Source: Gammaproteobacteria bacterium (GTDB lineage: Bacteria > Pseudomonadota > Gammaproteobacteria > CBDBNL01 > JAAOII01). Taken from it: 64,000 bases of DNA. Under the pieces are notes generated by a model. The model did not search any database and had not been told where the DNA came from. It worked only from the letters and a program-made list of their open reading frames with translations. This document shows, piece by piece, positions 38,908 through 50,383 of this stretch. The position numbers were made by a program, and so were the translations under genes. Location: NCBI GenBank assembly GCA_965209035.1, contig OZ242372.1, positions 1,760,001 to 1,824,000 on the forward strand, in the 5' to 3' direction. How positions within the stretch are numbered: the first letter of the stretch is position 1; each line of letters starts with the position of its first letter.

Positions 38908-39824
38908 CGAATATTCTGCCGAACACTCGTCAATATATTCTGTGTAATGAATTGGGGTTGGTCCTTTGGCGTTCCCGTCCCATAGTTTCAAATACGAAAC
39001 CCGCGGATGTTGCCGCTCGCTATTTATTTAAAGAGCCTAAGATGCCTAAAACGCCTGAAATGTCCGCGGCATCCGAATCTGCTCATCCGGAAAAACAGCG
39101 AACTGATGAAGAGGGCGCGGGAGGCATGGAGGGCACAGGCATAGAGCGAAGGGGCGCGGGCATAGAGCGAAAGTTGACGGAGAAGCGAGAGCAAAAAAGC
39201 CCGTTCGTTTCTGTTTCGCCTGTTTCGCCTGTTTCTTTGAAAGCGGGACACACACAAGCGGAGCCTGATCCTCGCCCCGAGCAATCGGTGCGGGTTGCCG
39301 CCATTGCCACCCGGGCACCGGCTGCGGAAAATCCGGCACCAACCGCTCCGCCTGAGCCGACCCCGGAAACTTCCGCAGGTGCGGCATCCGACCCGAAAGA
39401 GAATCACAAAAATGCGTCTTCTTTTAAGTTGCGTGCCTTGTCTTTTGCGGATACCAGTGTTCTTTATTTGCCGGACAACAATTTCCCCACTTCCAATTTG
39501 GTTGAAAATATGTTCGTTAAGTGCGGTGCGGACATAACGGCTATTAAAACAGCCGACCTGGAATGGCCGCCTGCGGAACATTTTTCCCGGGCGGGCTATC
39601 CTGCGGTGTCCTCCAAATCCGCGTGTCGCGGGTTTTTGAGCGGAATTGGCTGTTCTTTCGCGGTGGTCATGGGAGAAGAAGCCGAGAATATCCTAAAAAG
39701 TGCTACGGACATTGAATATGTCCGCACGGACAGCCCGGCGGAACTGTTACAAGAACCGGAAAAAAGAAAAGTGGCATGGCAGATTCTGGAACCCCTGCGA
39801 AAAAAATTGACCGAGACACCGTGA
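38904..39824 (+). CDS. Hypothetical protein with DNA polymerase III psi (HolD)-like termini and a long Pro/Glu-rich linker
   Basis: N-terminal [14 protein letters not shown] and C-terminal [19 protein letters not shown] resemble the LGIxxW and PxxKxxxW motifs of psi-like proteins. Confidence 0.5.
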   Translation: MTNILPNTRQYILCNELGLVLWRSRPIVSNTKPADVAARYLFKEPKMPKTPEMSAASESAHPEKQRTDEEGAGGMEGTGIERRGAGIERKLTEKREQKSPFVSVSPVSPVSLKAGHTQAEPDPRPEQSVRVAAIATRAPAAENPAPTAPPEPTPETSAGAASDPKENHKNASSFKLRALSFADTSVLYLPDNNFPTSNLVENMFVKCGADITAIKTADLEWPPAEHFSRAGYPAVSSKSACRGFLSGIGCSFAVVMGEEAENILKSATDIEYVRTDSPAELLQEPEKRKVAWQILEPLRKKLTETP

Positions 39825-39831
39825 CACCATC

Positions 39832-40233
39832 ATGATACCAAACGAACTCATCTTGCACAAACGCTCCGCCACATTGGAGATTGTGTATGACGAACGAAAG
39901 CATACCCTGCCGGCCGCCTACTTGCGCGCCAAGTCTCCGTCAGCCGAAAACAAGGTTGCGGCAGCGGCGGTTTACAAGCCGAATATTAAATTGCAAAAAG
40001 TGGAGACCATCGGCAACTACGCCTTACGGCTGTACTTTGACGACGGCCACCAAAGCGGGATCTATAGTTGGTCATACTTGCATCGTCTCTGTCTTGCCAT
40101 GCCCACCGAAATACCAAAACTGCAAGCCGCATCTGTCGCCGCCACCTCCGCAGCCGCCGCTACGGCCGAGACCCGGGTGCTGCACATTCGGCCGGCCGCT
40201 AGTTCTGCGGCTGCCGAGACCAAGCCAAAATGA
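39832..40233 (+). CDS. DUF971 / gamma-butyrobetaine hydroxylase N-terminal-like protein
   Basis: YLRAKSPSAE, IGNYALRLYFDDGHQSGIYSWSYL. Confidence 0.85.
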   Translation: MIPNELILHKRSATLEIVYDERKHTLPAAYLRAKSPSAENKVAAAAVYKPNIKLQKVETIGNYALRLYFDDGHQSGIYSWSYLHRLCLAMPTEIPKLQAASVAATSAAAATAETRVLHIRPAASSAAAETKPK

Positions 40234-40246
40234 ATTCTGTTGTAAT

Positions 40247-41104
40247 ATGGTTAAGATGTCTTTTTATGTTTTGGCAATGCCGATAGGTCACGCCGCCGAC
40301 ATCTCCGCGCGAGCATTGGATGTCCTTCGCCGTGCCGATTTAATTCTTGCGGAGGATACCGCCAAGAGTGCAAAACTTCTTTCCGTTTACGGCATCAAGA
40401 CCAAGGCACGCTTGCGCCGTTGCGACGCTCATACGGAAGAGACCCTTGCGGTGGGTAACCGGATAGAAGATCTCATCGGTAAAAACGATTCCGTTGTCTT
40501 AATTAGTGATGCCGGCAGTCCGACCGTATCGGATCCCGGGCGGAAGCTGGTAGCCGGCATGCATCAAAAAGAAGTCCCCGTGATCCCGATTCCGGGAGCA
40601 TCCGCGGCCGTGGCAGCCTTGTCCGTATCGGGGTTCTCGGGGGATCGTTTCTCTTTTGCGGGTTATCCGCCCAGACATAAAAAAGAACGCCTTGCATATT
40701 TTGTAAAAATAAAGAAAAGATGTGAGACGGTGATTTTTTACGAGGCGGCGAGAAGGCTGGTATCTTGCTTGGAAGATATGCAAACTGTTTTTGGCAAGGA
40801 CCGATTGGTTTTTTTTGCGCACGATATGACGAAAGTGCATGAGAGTTTTTTCCGCGGTGAATTGTGGAAACTCAAACAGGATATTGCTCCTTTTGTTAAA
40901 GGCGAGGTGACCCTGGTTGTTAAGGGAGAGAAACAGGATGCCGACAGTGACACTCTTGCGGATCCGGGAGAGAATCTGTTGCGGAGCATCTTGTCGGATG
41001 TGCCGCCCGGTCGGGCGGCCGAAATTGCGGCGCAGTTTGGAAGAAACGGCAGAAATTATTATTATCGCCTTGCATTGGGTTTGGATAACGGCGAAAACGA
41101 GTAA
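40247..41104 (+). CDS. rsmI: 16S rRNA Cm1402 2'-O-methyltransferase
   Basis: PIGHAADISARA, AEDT, ISDAGSPTVSDPG, IPGASA. Start at 40247 or 40256. Confidence 0.92.
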   Translation: MVKMSFYVLAMPIGHAADISARALDVLRRADLILAEDTAKSAKLLSVYGIKTKARLRRCDAHTEETLAVGNRIEDLIGKNDSVVLISDAGSPTVSDPGRKLVAGMHQKEVPVIPIPGASAAVAALSVSGFSGDRFSFAGYPPRHKKERLAYFVKIKKRCETVIFYEAARRLVSCLEDMQTVFGKDRLVFFAHDMTKVHESFFRGELWKLKQDIAPFVKGEVTLVVKGEKQDADSDTLADPGENLLRSILSDVPPGRAAEIAAQFGRNGRNYYYRLALGLDNGENE

Positions 41105-41125
41105 GATATTAAAACAGGTATCAAT

Positions 41126-42094
41126 ATGAACAATAACAAAAAATCCGGGGAAAACATTAAAAACATTAAATGCGGTGTCATAGGGGTGGGCTATTGGGGT
41201 AAATTTCATGCCCGCAAGTATGCCGCTATGGATAATGTCACTCTTTGCGGCCTATCCGATACCAACGCAGATACCGGCCAGGATGTGGCGAATGAACTGA
41301 ACTGCGCTTATTACAAAGACTATCACGCACTCTGTGAGGATGTGGATCTTGTCAGTGTGGCGGTTCCCGCAATGCATCACCACAGGGTGGGTTGCGATGT
41401 TTTGAAACACGGCGTATCCTGCTTGGTAGAAAAGCCTCTGGCGGTTACCACAGAGGAAGCCCGGGAAATGATAGAGTTGGCGAAGGAGCGTTCTTTGATA
41501 TTGCGTGTCGGCTACATAGAACGATATAATCCGGTATTTATTATCCTAAAAAAACTCTGCCATAGGCCGCGTCTTATTAATGTGGAAAGGCTCGTTCCCT
41601 ATACCAAGCGTGCCTTGGATGTGAATGCGATTTTGGATTTAATGATCCATGATCTGGATATGGTCATTCAACTGATGGACTCTGAAATTACGGATGTGCG
41701 CGGAACCGGCTTACATGTTCTTTCCGATAAAATTGATACGGCTAGCACCTGTTTGACCTTTGCCTCCGGGGGGATGGTTAATCTGAATGTCAATCGCACC
41801 AGTCTGGTGCAGTCTCGGATTATCCATGTGTTTCAGGAGGACCTGTATCTTATCGGGGATATGAAAGAAAAGACACTGACCCGAGTAACAAAAAACAATA
41901 ACGGTCAGTTGATTGCCCAACAAGAAAAGGGCGCGAATAATACCTATGATGCGTTGAACCTTCAGTTGCTGGATTTTGTGCGGGTGGTCCGAGAAAAGGA
42001 TTTTCGTAGCCTATTGCCTGTGAGTGGCGAAGATTCTATGTCAAGTTTGGATGTGGCGGAGCAAATGAACGAAATCCTAAAGAGAGTTAACTAA
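41126..42094 (+). CDS. Gfo/Idh/MocA oxidoreductase (GnnA-like UDP-GlcNAc 3-dehydrogenase group)
   Basis: GVGYWGKFH, LVEKPLA, GYIERYNP, LDLMIHDLD. Confidence 0.85.
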   Translation: MNNNKKSGENIKNIKCGVIGVGYWGKFHARKYAAMDNVTLCGLSDTNADTGQDVANELNCAYYKDYHALCEDVDLVSVAVPAMHHHRVGCDVLKHGVSCLVEKPLAVTTEEAREMIELAKERSLILRVGYIERYNPVFIILKKLCHRPRLINVERLVPYTKRALDVNAILDLMIHDLDMVIQLMDSEITDVRGTGLHVLSDKIDTASTCLTFASGGMVNLNVNRTSLVQSRIIHVFQEDLYLIGDMKEKTLTRVTKNNNGQLIAQQEKGANNTYDALNLQLLDFVRVVREKDFRSLLPVSGEDSMSSLDVAEQMNEILKRVN

Positions 42095-42295
42095 CGGCAG
42101 GGCGGGTATTGCCGGCTCCCGTTTTTTTGTTTGCCGGTTTGGGTCTGGGATCCGCGAACCTTTAGTTGTTAAACCGGCAATAAAGTAGCCCTGCCACAAG
42201 TTGCTCCTCCGTCCCTCCGTCCCTTGACCTCTTTTTTGTTGCTTTGCTGCGCTGAGGCGGAAGAGTAAAGGAGTAAAGGAGTAAAGGGATAAATG

Positions 42296-43372
42296 TTAGA
42301 TTTTTGGCTCCCGTTCTTCGGTTCCGCACTGGGCGATATGCAGCAGCCGGTGGTCCAGTAAAACTAAAGCCAGCATTGCTTCCACAATCGGTACGGCTCG
42401 GATAGCCACACAAGGGTCATGTCGGCCTTTGACGCGAATTTCGGTTTCCTTGCCGGCCGTATCCAGAGTGTGCGCCGTCTTCAGAATACTGGAAGTGGGT
42501 TTGAATGCCACATCCGCGATAATCTCTTGCCCCGTGCTAATGCCACCCAGGATGCCGCCGGCATGGTTGGAGGTGAAGCCCTTATCGGTTAATTCGTCGC
42601 GCTGCCGGCTGCCGATGCCGCCGGCAGCGTCAAAACCGGCTCCTATGGCAACCGCCTTGGCGGCGTTGATGCTCATCATCGCCTTGGCAATATCCGCATC
42701 CAACTTGTCAAAAACGGGCGAACCCCAACCGACCGGAACACCCGCGGCAACCGCCCGAATTCTTCCGCCAACCGAATCGCCTTCCTTACGCATCTTTTCC
42801 AGTAAGTCGGTAATCTTGCCGACAAGGTTGGGATCCGCACAGAAAAAGGGGTTCTTTTCAATGGTGTCCGGCTGACATCTGTCCGCTTTGAGATGCCCGA
42901 CCTGTGCCAGATGCGCGTAAATGGAAATCTTGTGTTCAACGGCGAGCAGTTTGCGGGCGATGGCACCGGCCGCAACCCAGAGAGCAGTTTCGCGGGCGGA
43001 GGTTCTGCCGCCGCCGCGATGATCGCGAATGCCGTATTTTTTCCAATAGGTCCAGTCGGCATGGCCGGGGCGAAACTTGTCTTTGATGTCATCATAGTCT
43101 TTTGACCTTGCATCCGTATTGCGGATTAGTAAACCGATAGGCGTGCCGGTTGTCTGTCCTTCAAACAGGCCGGACAGAATTTCAACCTTGTCCGCCTCCC
43201 GCCGGCGTGTCGTCCATTTGGATTGGTTTGGTCGCCGCCGGTCCAATTGTTGTTGGATATCCCGTTCGCTCAACGGTAGTCCGGGCGGACAGCCGTCCAC
43301 TATGCCGCCGATTGCCGGCCCGTGACTTTCACCGAAGGTGGTCAGGCGAAAAATCTTGCCAAAAGTATTCAT
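42296..43372 (-). CDS. aroC: Chorismate synthase
   Basis: [39 protein letters not shown]. Confidence 0.98.
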   Translation of the reverse strand: MNTFGKIFRLTTFGESHGPAIGGIVDGCPPGLPLSERDIQQQLDRRRPNQSKWTTRRREADKVEILSGLFEGQTTGTPIGLLIRNTDARSKDYDDIKDKFRPGHADWTYWKKYGIRDHRGGGRTSARETALWVAAGAIARKLLAVEHKISIYAHLAQVGHLKADRCQPDTIEKNPFFCADPNLVGKITDLLEKMRKEGDSVGGRIRAVAAGVPVGWGSPVFDKLDADIAKAMMSINAAKAVAIGAGFDAAGGIGSRQRDELTDKGFTSNHAGGILGGISTGQEIIADVAFKPTSSILKTAHTLDTAGKETEIRVKGRHDPCVAIRAVPIVEAMLALVLLDHRLLHIAQCGTEEREPKI

Positions 43373-43417
43373 CAGTTAATAATAGAAATTAAATTAAAGG
43401 TTGCATTAAAGATTGCC

Positions 43418-44554
43418 TTAAAGTTTCATTGTATTCCAAGTGTTCGCGATCTGTTGTGCCCGGTTGTAGGATTTGTATATTGCATCGGCAAGTTCGTCCG
43501 ACTTCGCCAGATCGCCCAGGACATCCCCCGTGGCATTGCGTAATTCTTTGAGCAGTTTGTCGGGATATTTGCGTAAGATGACGCCTTCCTCGGCGACCAA
43601 TTGATCCAGAGCAATCGCATTATGATGTTCGCTTTCGCTGAGACCGAGAATGTTTTCGGCAAGACAGGCTGCTTTGACTGCGAATTGCAAGTCTTGTGGC
43701 AAGGACGCATAGGCATTCTTATTGATTAAGCACTCGGCCGAGCCGTTGGGCTCGTGAAATCCCGGATAATAGTAGTATTTTGCCGCCTTGTGCAGGCCAT
43801 AAGCACGATCATGCCAGGGACCCAGCAACTCGGCCGCATCAATCAACCGCCCCCTCAAGGAGGTAAATACTTCGCCCGGGGCAAGGGTCACCGGGATAGC
43901 GCCGAGTTGGCGGACAACCAATCCCGCGAGTCCCGGCATACGCATCCGCAGCCCTTTCAAAGGATTTTGTACGGTTGCGTCCAAAGGTCGCTTAAACCAG
44001 CCACCCATACTCGGTCCCGTGTTGCCGGCGGCGAAGGCACGCAATCCAAAGTTCGCATATAACCTGTCCCAGAGTTCTTGCCCGCCGCCGTGTTCCAACC
44101 ATGCCTGATGCGCGGTCGGGGACAACCCAAACGGCACAGTGGTGAAGTAAGCGGCCGAAGGTGTTTTGCCTTGCCAGAAAAAAGAAGCCGTGTGTCCCAG
44201 TTCCGCGGTTCCAAGCCGGACAGCATCAAATACTTCCAAGGGGCCAACCAGGGCGCCGGCCGGATAAACCTCCGCAGTGAGCCTGCCGCCGGTCAGCGCG
44301 GAAATGCGGTCGGCGAGACGCTGAGCTGTCCTGCCGGTACCGGGCGCGTCTTTGGGCCAGGATGTAATCATTTTCCAACGCAGCTTGATATGCTTTTGGG
44401 TATCTTTTGTCCCGCCCGATTTGGCGTCGGTGGCGGGGGGCTTGGGCTTTGTTAGGGGTTGAGATTTGGACGGCAAGGACCGGGCACCGAGCAGATAACC
44501 GACTCCGGCCGCAACAGTTATCGCCGCGGCCGTCAAGAACTTTCTGCGCTTCAT
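43418..44554 (-). CDS. TRAP transporter substrate-binding protein (TakP/DctP type), Tat-exported
   Basis: MKRRKFL twin-arginine signal, WKMITSWP, GNTGPSMGGWF, MRMPGL, YYYYPGFHEP. No dctQM genes adjacent. Confidence 0.9.
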   Translation of the reverse strand: MKRRKFLTAAAITVAAGVGYLLGARSLPSKSQPLTKPKPPATDAKSGGTKDTQKHIKLRWKMITSWPKDAPGTGRTAQRLADRISALTGGRLTAEVYPAGALVGPLEVFDAVRLGTAELGHTASFFWQGKTPSAAYFTTVPFGLSPTAHQAWLEHGGGQELWDRLYANFGLRAFAAGNTGPSMGGWFKRPLDATVQNPLKGLRMRMPGLAGLVVRQLGAIPVTLAPGEVFTSLRGRLIDAAELLGPWHDRAYGLHKAAKYYYYPGFHEPNGSAECLINKNAYASLPQDLQFAVKAACLAENILGLSESEHHNAIALDQLVAEEGVILRKYPDKLLKELRNATGDVLGDLAKSDELADAIYKSYNRAQQIANTWNTMKL

Positions 44555-44763
44555 TACTTCTATTTTAGACAAGTCGCAGTTGTATTTGCATTGTTTCGGT
44601 GATTCTTCCAATGATTTTTTGTTTGGCTTAAAAAGAGTTCTATTTTTTTGGTATTTTGAAGAGAGAGCAAGTATAATAAAGGCAACTAATATTGTTATTT
44701 TCCGAAAGCGATTGCAATCAAAGCGAGTAAGAAAAAGTACTATTAAATAAAAAATAATTATAA

Positions 44764-46934
<2,171 letters not shown>

Positions 46935-46950
46935 ACTTCGGCGGTTCTGC

Positions 46951-47643
46951 TTAGCCCGTAACGCGCACTCGTTTGGAGCCGGCTACTGTCTGTTTGCGCT
47001 CGGCTGCCAGTTTTTGCTGTTCCCTCAATATGTTGTAGCCGGCGATTAAGAAACCCAAAACAATAAAGCCGCCGGGAGGCAAAATAAGAAGCAGAAACCC
47101 GTCATAGTTTGGCAAGGAGAACCCCCGAAAGGGCTCGCCGCCCGTCAAAAAGTGCATATCCGCAAACAACTTGCCGGCACCCATTAGTTCCCGCAGACTG
47201 CCGAGCAGGACAAGAACCATCGCAAAGCCGAGCCCGTTGTAAAGTCCGTCCAAAAGTGCCTTGGTCGGGGAGTTACGCGAAGCAAAGGCTTCGGCACGCC
47301 CCAGGATGATGCAGTTGGTGACAATCAGGGGTAAGAAAATACCAAGTTTGTTATGCAGTTCAACGGAAAGGGAGTGAATTAATAACTCCACACAGGTGAC
47401 CAAAGAGGAAATGAGAAGAACATACACGGGCAAGCGGGCGGTGGCGGGTATGCGGGGAGCACACAAGGACACGGTTAAATTGGACAGAACCAAAACAAAC
47501 ATCGTGGCAACGCCGAGACTGAGGCTATTGACAAAACCGGTGCTTACCGCAAGCAGCGGACACAAACCGAGAACCTGAACCAGGGCGGGATTGTTAAGCC
47601 ACAGACCGTCCAAAAGGATGTGCTTGTGTTCGCCGCTCATCAT
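46951..47643 (-). CDS. rsxE: Rnf/Rsx electron transport complex subunit E
   Basis: LGLCPLLAV, LIVTNCIILGRAEAFA, LPPGGF; upstream of nth as in gammaproteobacteria. Confidence 0.93.
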   Translation of the reverse strand: MMSGEHKHILLDGLWLNNPALVQVLGLCPLLAVSTGFVNSLSLGVATMFVLVLSNLTVSLCAPRIPATARLPVYVLLISSLVTCVELLIHSLSVELHNKLGIFLPLIVTNCIILGRAEAFASRNSPTKALLDGLYNGLGFAMVLVLLGSLRELMGAGKLFADMHFLTGGEPFRGFSLPNYDGFLLLILPPGGFIVLGFLIAGYNILREQQKLAAERKQTVAGSKRVRVTG

Positions 47644-48896
47644 AGGGTTGTTTTTGCCTTGTTTGTCTCGGATGCTTTGAACGGAAGGGTTAATCCGAGT
47701 TTTTCGGTCAGCCTTAGTGCGGCAAGAATACTCGCATTAAAAGAAGAAGTTTGATAATTGAGGTAGTCGCCCGCATGCCATATGTTGCCTTTCCCCTGCA
47801 CTCGGTCCAAGAGTTTAAGCGATTGCAAGGTGGCAATATCCGTGCCGAGACATCTGCGGGTGCCTTGCCAGTGCACCTGATCTTTTGCGGGTTCTTTGGT
47901 CGGATTAAGCGACAACCAGTGATTGGCGGGCATATTTTGTAGAAAATTTATGTTGTAATGGTAAGAGAAGTGCGATTCTTGGCGAACCGGATACTGGCTG
48001 ATGTGAAAGGCATATTGGCTGTCGCGATTGGGACGCCGGCCGACAGATTTCGGCAGAATACTTCTGTCCGAATGCACATAAGAACGCATGTGCGTATAAC
48101 GCATCTTGCAGAAAATAGAATTCTCCTCATCGGATAAAGGATGAATCAGGCGTTGCATCTCGTCCAGATCGCATGTCAGAATGACCTTGTCATAGGCGTG
48201 TTTTTTGCCATTTTCTTCCCGAACATAAGTGCCTGCCGAGTTTCGAATGATTTGTTTAACCGGGCGGGCGGGAAAAAATTTCCAATCTCCCTTAAATAAC
48301 AGACGGCGAGTATAGGCAGCCGGTCCTTCATACAAGCAGCGGGCTGTGGGATCTGCCAGAAGAAGACTCAAGAATTCCAAACAGTCATCCGCGGGCAACC
48401 GGTCTATCTCGCCTTGCGGATACTGCCATAGTGCCCCCAGTATTGCCGGAATCGGGTGGCCTTGTGACGGGGTTGCAATATTCAAGCCGCGCATCAGTTG
48501 TTTTAGTTGTATGCTTTTCGGGCGATTTGCCGGTGGCATCTGTGTTTGTCGGATAATTTTTTTGAAGTCCGCTTTTATCCGCTGTTTTGTCAAAGGAAAG
48601 GTTCCTTCAAAAAGCAGATCCCGAAGCAGTTTCCCATCCGATTTAAACCTGCCGGATGCGTCTTCGTAAGCATAAGCAAGGTGGCGAGGCTCTGTGTATA
48701 AACCGAGATAATCGTATAACGTGTGAATTTGGCGGTGATAGGCGGGGAAAAAATAAAAACTCTGCCCCGGTTTTGAATAAGTGTAATCGGGTTGGAGTTC
48801 ATACACATGTGTTTCCATGCCGCCGACCGAACATAGCCAAGCAAGCGTCAGCCCCGCCGAACCTGCACCAACAATTGCCACTTTGGGGGTGCTCAT
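47640..48896 (-). CDS. FAD-dependent oxidoreductase (amine-oxidase-like, divergent)
   Basis: VAIVGAGSAGL Rossmann motif, YVHSD, YNINFLQN, QGKGNIWHAGDY. Confidence 0.7.
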   Translation of the reverse strand: MSTPKVAIVGAGSAGLTLAWLCSVGGMETHVYELQPDYTYSKPGQSFYFFPAYHRQIHTLYDYLGLYTEPRHLAYAYEDASGRFKSDGKLLRDLLFEGTFPLTKQRIKADFKKIIRQTQMPPANRPKSIQLKQLMRGLNIATPSQGHPIPAILGALWQYPQGEIDRLPADDCLEFLSLLLADPTARCLYEGPAAYTRRLLFKGDWKFFPARPVKQIIRNSAGTYVREENGKKHAYDKVILTCDLDEMQRLIHPLSDEENSIFCKMRYTHMRSYVHSDRSILPKSVGRRPNRDSQYAFHISQYPVRQESHFSYHYNINFLQNMPANHWLSLNPTKEPAKDQVHWQGTRRCLGTDIATLQSLKLLDRVQGKGNIWHAGDYLNYQTSSFNASILAALRLTEKLGLTLPFKASETNKAKTTL

Positions 48897-48958
48897 ACTA
48901 ATGTAATTTTTTGGTTAGCTTTGTGTTGTATCCGATTTTCCCGTCAAAAAATAAAAAA

Positions 48959-49042
48959 TGCCGAAGGCCGGACTTGAACCGGCACGACCATTCGGTCACT
49001 ACCCCCTCAAGATAGCGTGTCTACCAATTCCACCACTTCGGC
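48959..49042 (-). tRNA. tRNA-Leu (anticodon GAG)
   Basis: GCCGAAG acceptor stem, D-loop TGGTAGAC, anticodon arm CTATC-TTGAGGG-GGTAG, long variable arm, GGTTCAAGTCC T-arm; lies downstream of secG; CCA not encoded. Confidence 0.96.
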
Positions 49043-49076
49043 TTTTTTGTGGAAATATTTCTTTCGGGAGTCCCGC

Positions 49077-49439
49077 TCAGGGAGACGGATTATTTTGTCC
49101 TTCTTCCGTCCCTTGTCCTTCTTGGTTTTCGTCAAAACCGGGTAAGGGGAGGTCAAATTCCCGTTCTTCCTGTTGTTGGCGAATAACATCCGGGTCTATG
49201 TCGCCGACACCGAGTTGCTTGCGGGCAATGATGCTAAGCCCGAGACTGGTTACAAAGAAAAAAAGTGCAAGACCTGCGGTCAACTTGGCAAGGATACTAA
49301 AACTGCCTCGGCTGCCAAAAAATGTGTCCGAAGCGCCACCGCCCAAGGCACCTGTGCCGCCGCGCCCCTGCTGAATGAGAACCAGGGCAACAATAGAAAC
49401 GGCTGTTATGATGTGTGCGGCAATAATAAATGATTGCAT
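49077..49439 (-). CDS. secG: Preprotein translocase subunit SecG
   Basis: VLIQQGRG...GGGASDTFFGSRGS with two TM helices. Confidence 0.95.
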   Translation of the reverse strand: MQSFIIAAHIITAVSIVALVLIQQGRGGTGALGGGASDTFFGSRGSFSILAKLTAGLALFFFVTSLGLSIIARKQLGVGDIDPDVIRQQQEEREFDLPLPGFDENQEGQGTEEGQNNPSP

Positions 49440-49670
49440 GATGTCAATATGAGGTTAGTATGATATCCGCATCCGCATGCCCGGCAACCCCGCCCGCCTA
49501 AAAGCACACGCTTGGTTGCGTTTTATTGGGCTGTTTGCCATGCCATGCCGACAATGTGTATCGTTTTTATGGGTTTCCAAATCTTTCATAAACTCATTTT
49601 AGCACTCTTTGGTTGTTTTTGTTTACTCGGACGGGGAAAATAAGGCGGGTTGTGGGAGTTTTTTATTTTT

Positions 49671-49811
49671 CAAACTTTATTACGGATATTCTTATTCAAG
49701 TTTTGCGTAAAAAACTTTATTATGGAACTTCTTATTTAAGTTTCTTCCCGGAAACTTTATTATAGAAATCCTTGTTTAAGTTTCTCCCTTGAAACTTTAT
49801 TATGAATCTTC
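49671..49811. repeat. 40-bp-period tandem array (3.5 units) containing palindromic sites
   Basis: AAACTTTATTA at 49672, 49712, 49752 and 49792; junction palindromes AAGTTT(C/T)-N6-(G/A)AAACTT. Confidence 0.9.
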
Positions 49812-49816
49812 GTGTT

Positions 49817-49825
49817 TTATCCACA
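49817..49825 (+). promoter_or_regulatory. Perfect DnaA box TTATCCACA
   Basis: Exact consensus immediately after the array; a single copy, so function is uncertain. Confidence 0.35.
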
Positions 49826-50146
49826 GGTGGCGTCCGTAGTATCCCAAGCACTTCATTTTCATATATACCGCACATATTGCATGCCTGTTGCGGGATCTAT
49901 TTTGTCCCTATGCGGGTATGCGGAAGGATGGTTGGTTTGGAAAGAGAGTGCCGGAACTTTTCTAAGATTATTAATTTTGGTGTGGGAATGGGGTGAGTTG
50001 GTTAGTTTTTTATTTTTAGGTCAGTATAATTTTAAATATTCTCATTTAATAGATCTTTTACAAGTATGAGAGATTCAAGAGATGAGAAAGACCTGAGAAT
50101 AGGTAAACTTATAAAGTTTAAGCTTTGTCATTGATCATTAAAGTAT

Positions 50147-50373
50147 GGTCAAGAAAAGTTAGGAGGTAAAATATGTCTATATATGTCAGTAAATGCAAGA
50201 AAAAACGGCTATGTTGTTCGTTCAATATTTTCAGAAGGAAGGTTCTATCAGCCGGTGCGTTTTTTTCTGCATCTAATAAAGGAATATGAATTCCTTTTCA
50301 ATCATAGAAGTGAAAGCTTATAAAAATAAAATAAAAATTGACGAGAGAAAAACTTCTTAGATTTTCTTAACAA
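50147..50373 (+). mobile_element. MITE-like internal-deletion derivative of an IS1595-family (IS1016-like) element
   Basis: Mini-ORF 50183-50323 fuses a transposase-like N-terminus (KNGYVVRSIFSEGRF) to a C-terminus (LHLIKEYEFLFNHR). Imperfect terminal IRs GGTCAAGAAAAGTTAGGAGGT vs TGTTAAGAAAATCTAAGAAGT (15/21); TAAAGT on both flanks. Confidence 0.65.
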
Positions 50374-50383
50374 TAAAGTCATT

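Noticed and set aside
48958-49374. 138-aa + strand ORF
   Set aside because: Antisense shadow of tRNA-Leu and secG.
49599-49607. CIRCE element (TTAGCACTC)
   Set aside because: The second half-site GAGTGCTAA is missing and no chaperone gene is adjacent.
49738-49797. Palindromes as parS or dif sites
   Set aside because: parS has a 4-bp ACGT centre between GTTTC and GAAAC, not a variable 6-bp one; the arms match the XerD arm only in TTAAAT.
49671-49811. 40-bp array as a CRISPR array
   Set aside because: Variable parts are only 6-8 bp, the repeats are degenerate, and no cas genes are present.
49671-50100. Firm oriC call (DnaA box, AT-rich repeats, GATCTATTTT near 49894)
   Set aside because: Only one perfect box. 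The same 9-mer also occurs inside ftsI (~18496) and atpD (~45540), no dnaA/gidA/parAB is nearby, and by eye the + strand stays G/T-rich on both sides. Kept only as one hypothesis.
50173-50289. 38-aa ORF after AGGAGG as an R-M controller protein
   Set aside because: No helix-turn-helix pattern; the overlapping frame is better explained as an IS1595 remnant and the AGGAGG lies within its terminal repeat.
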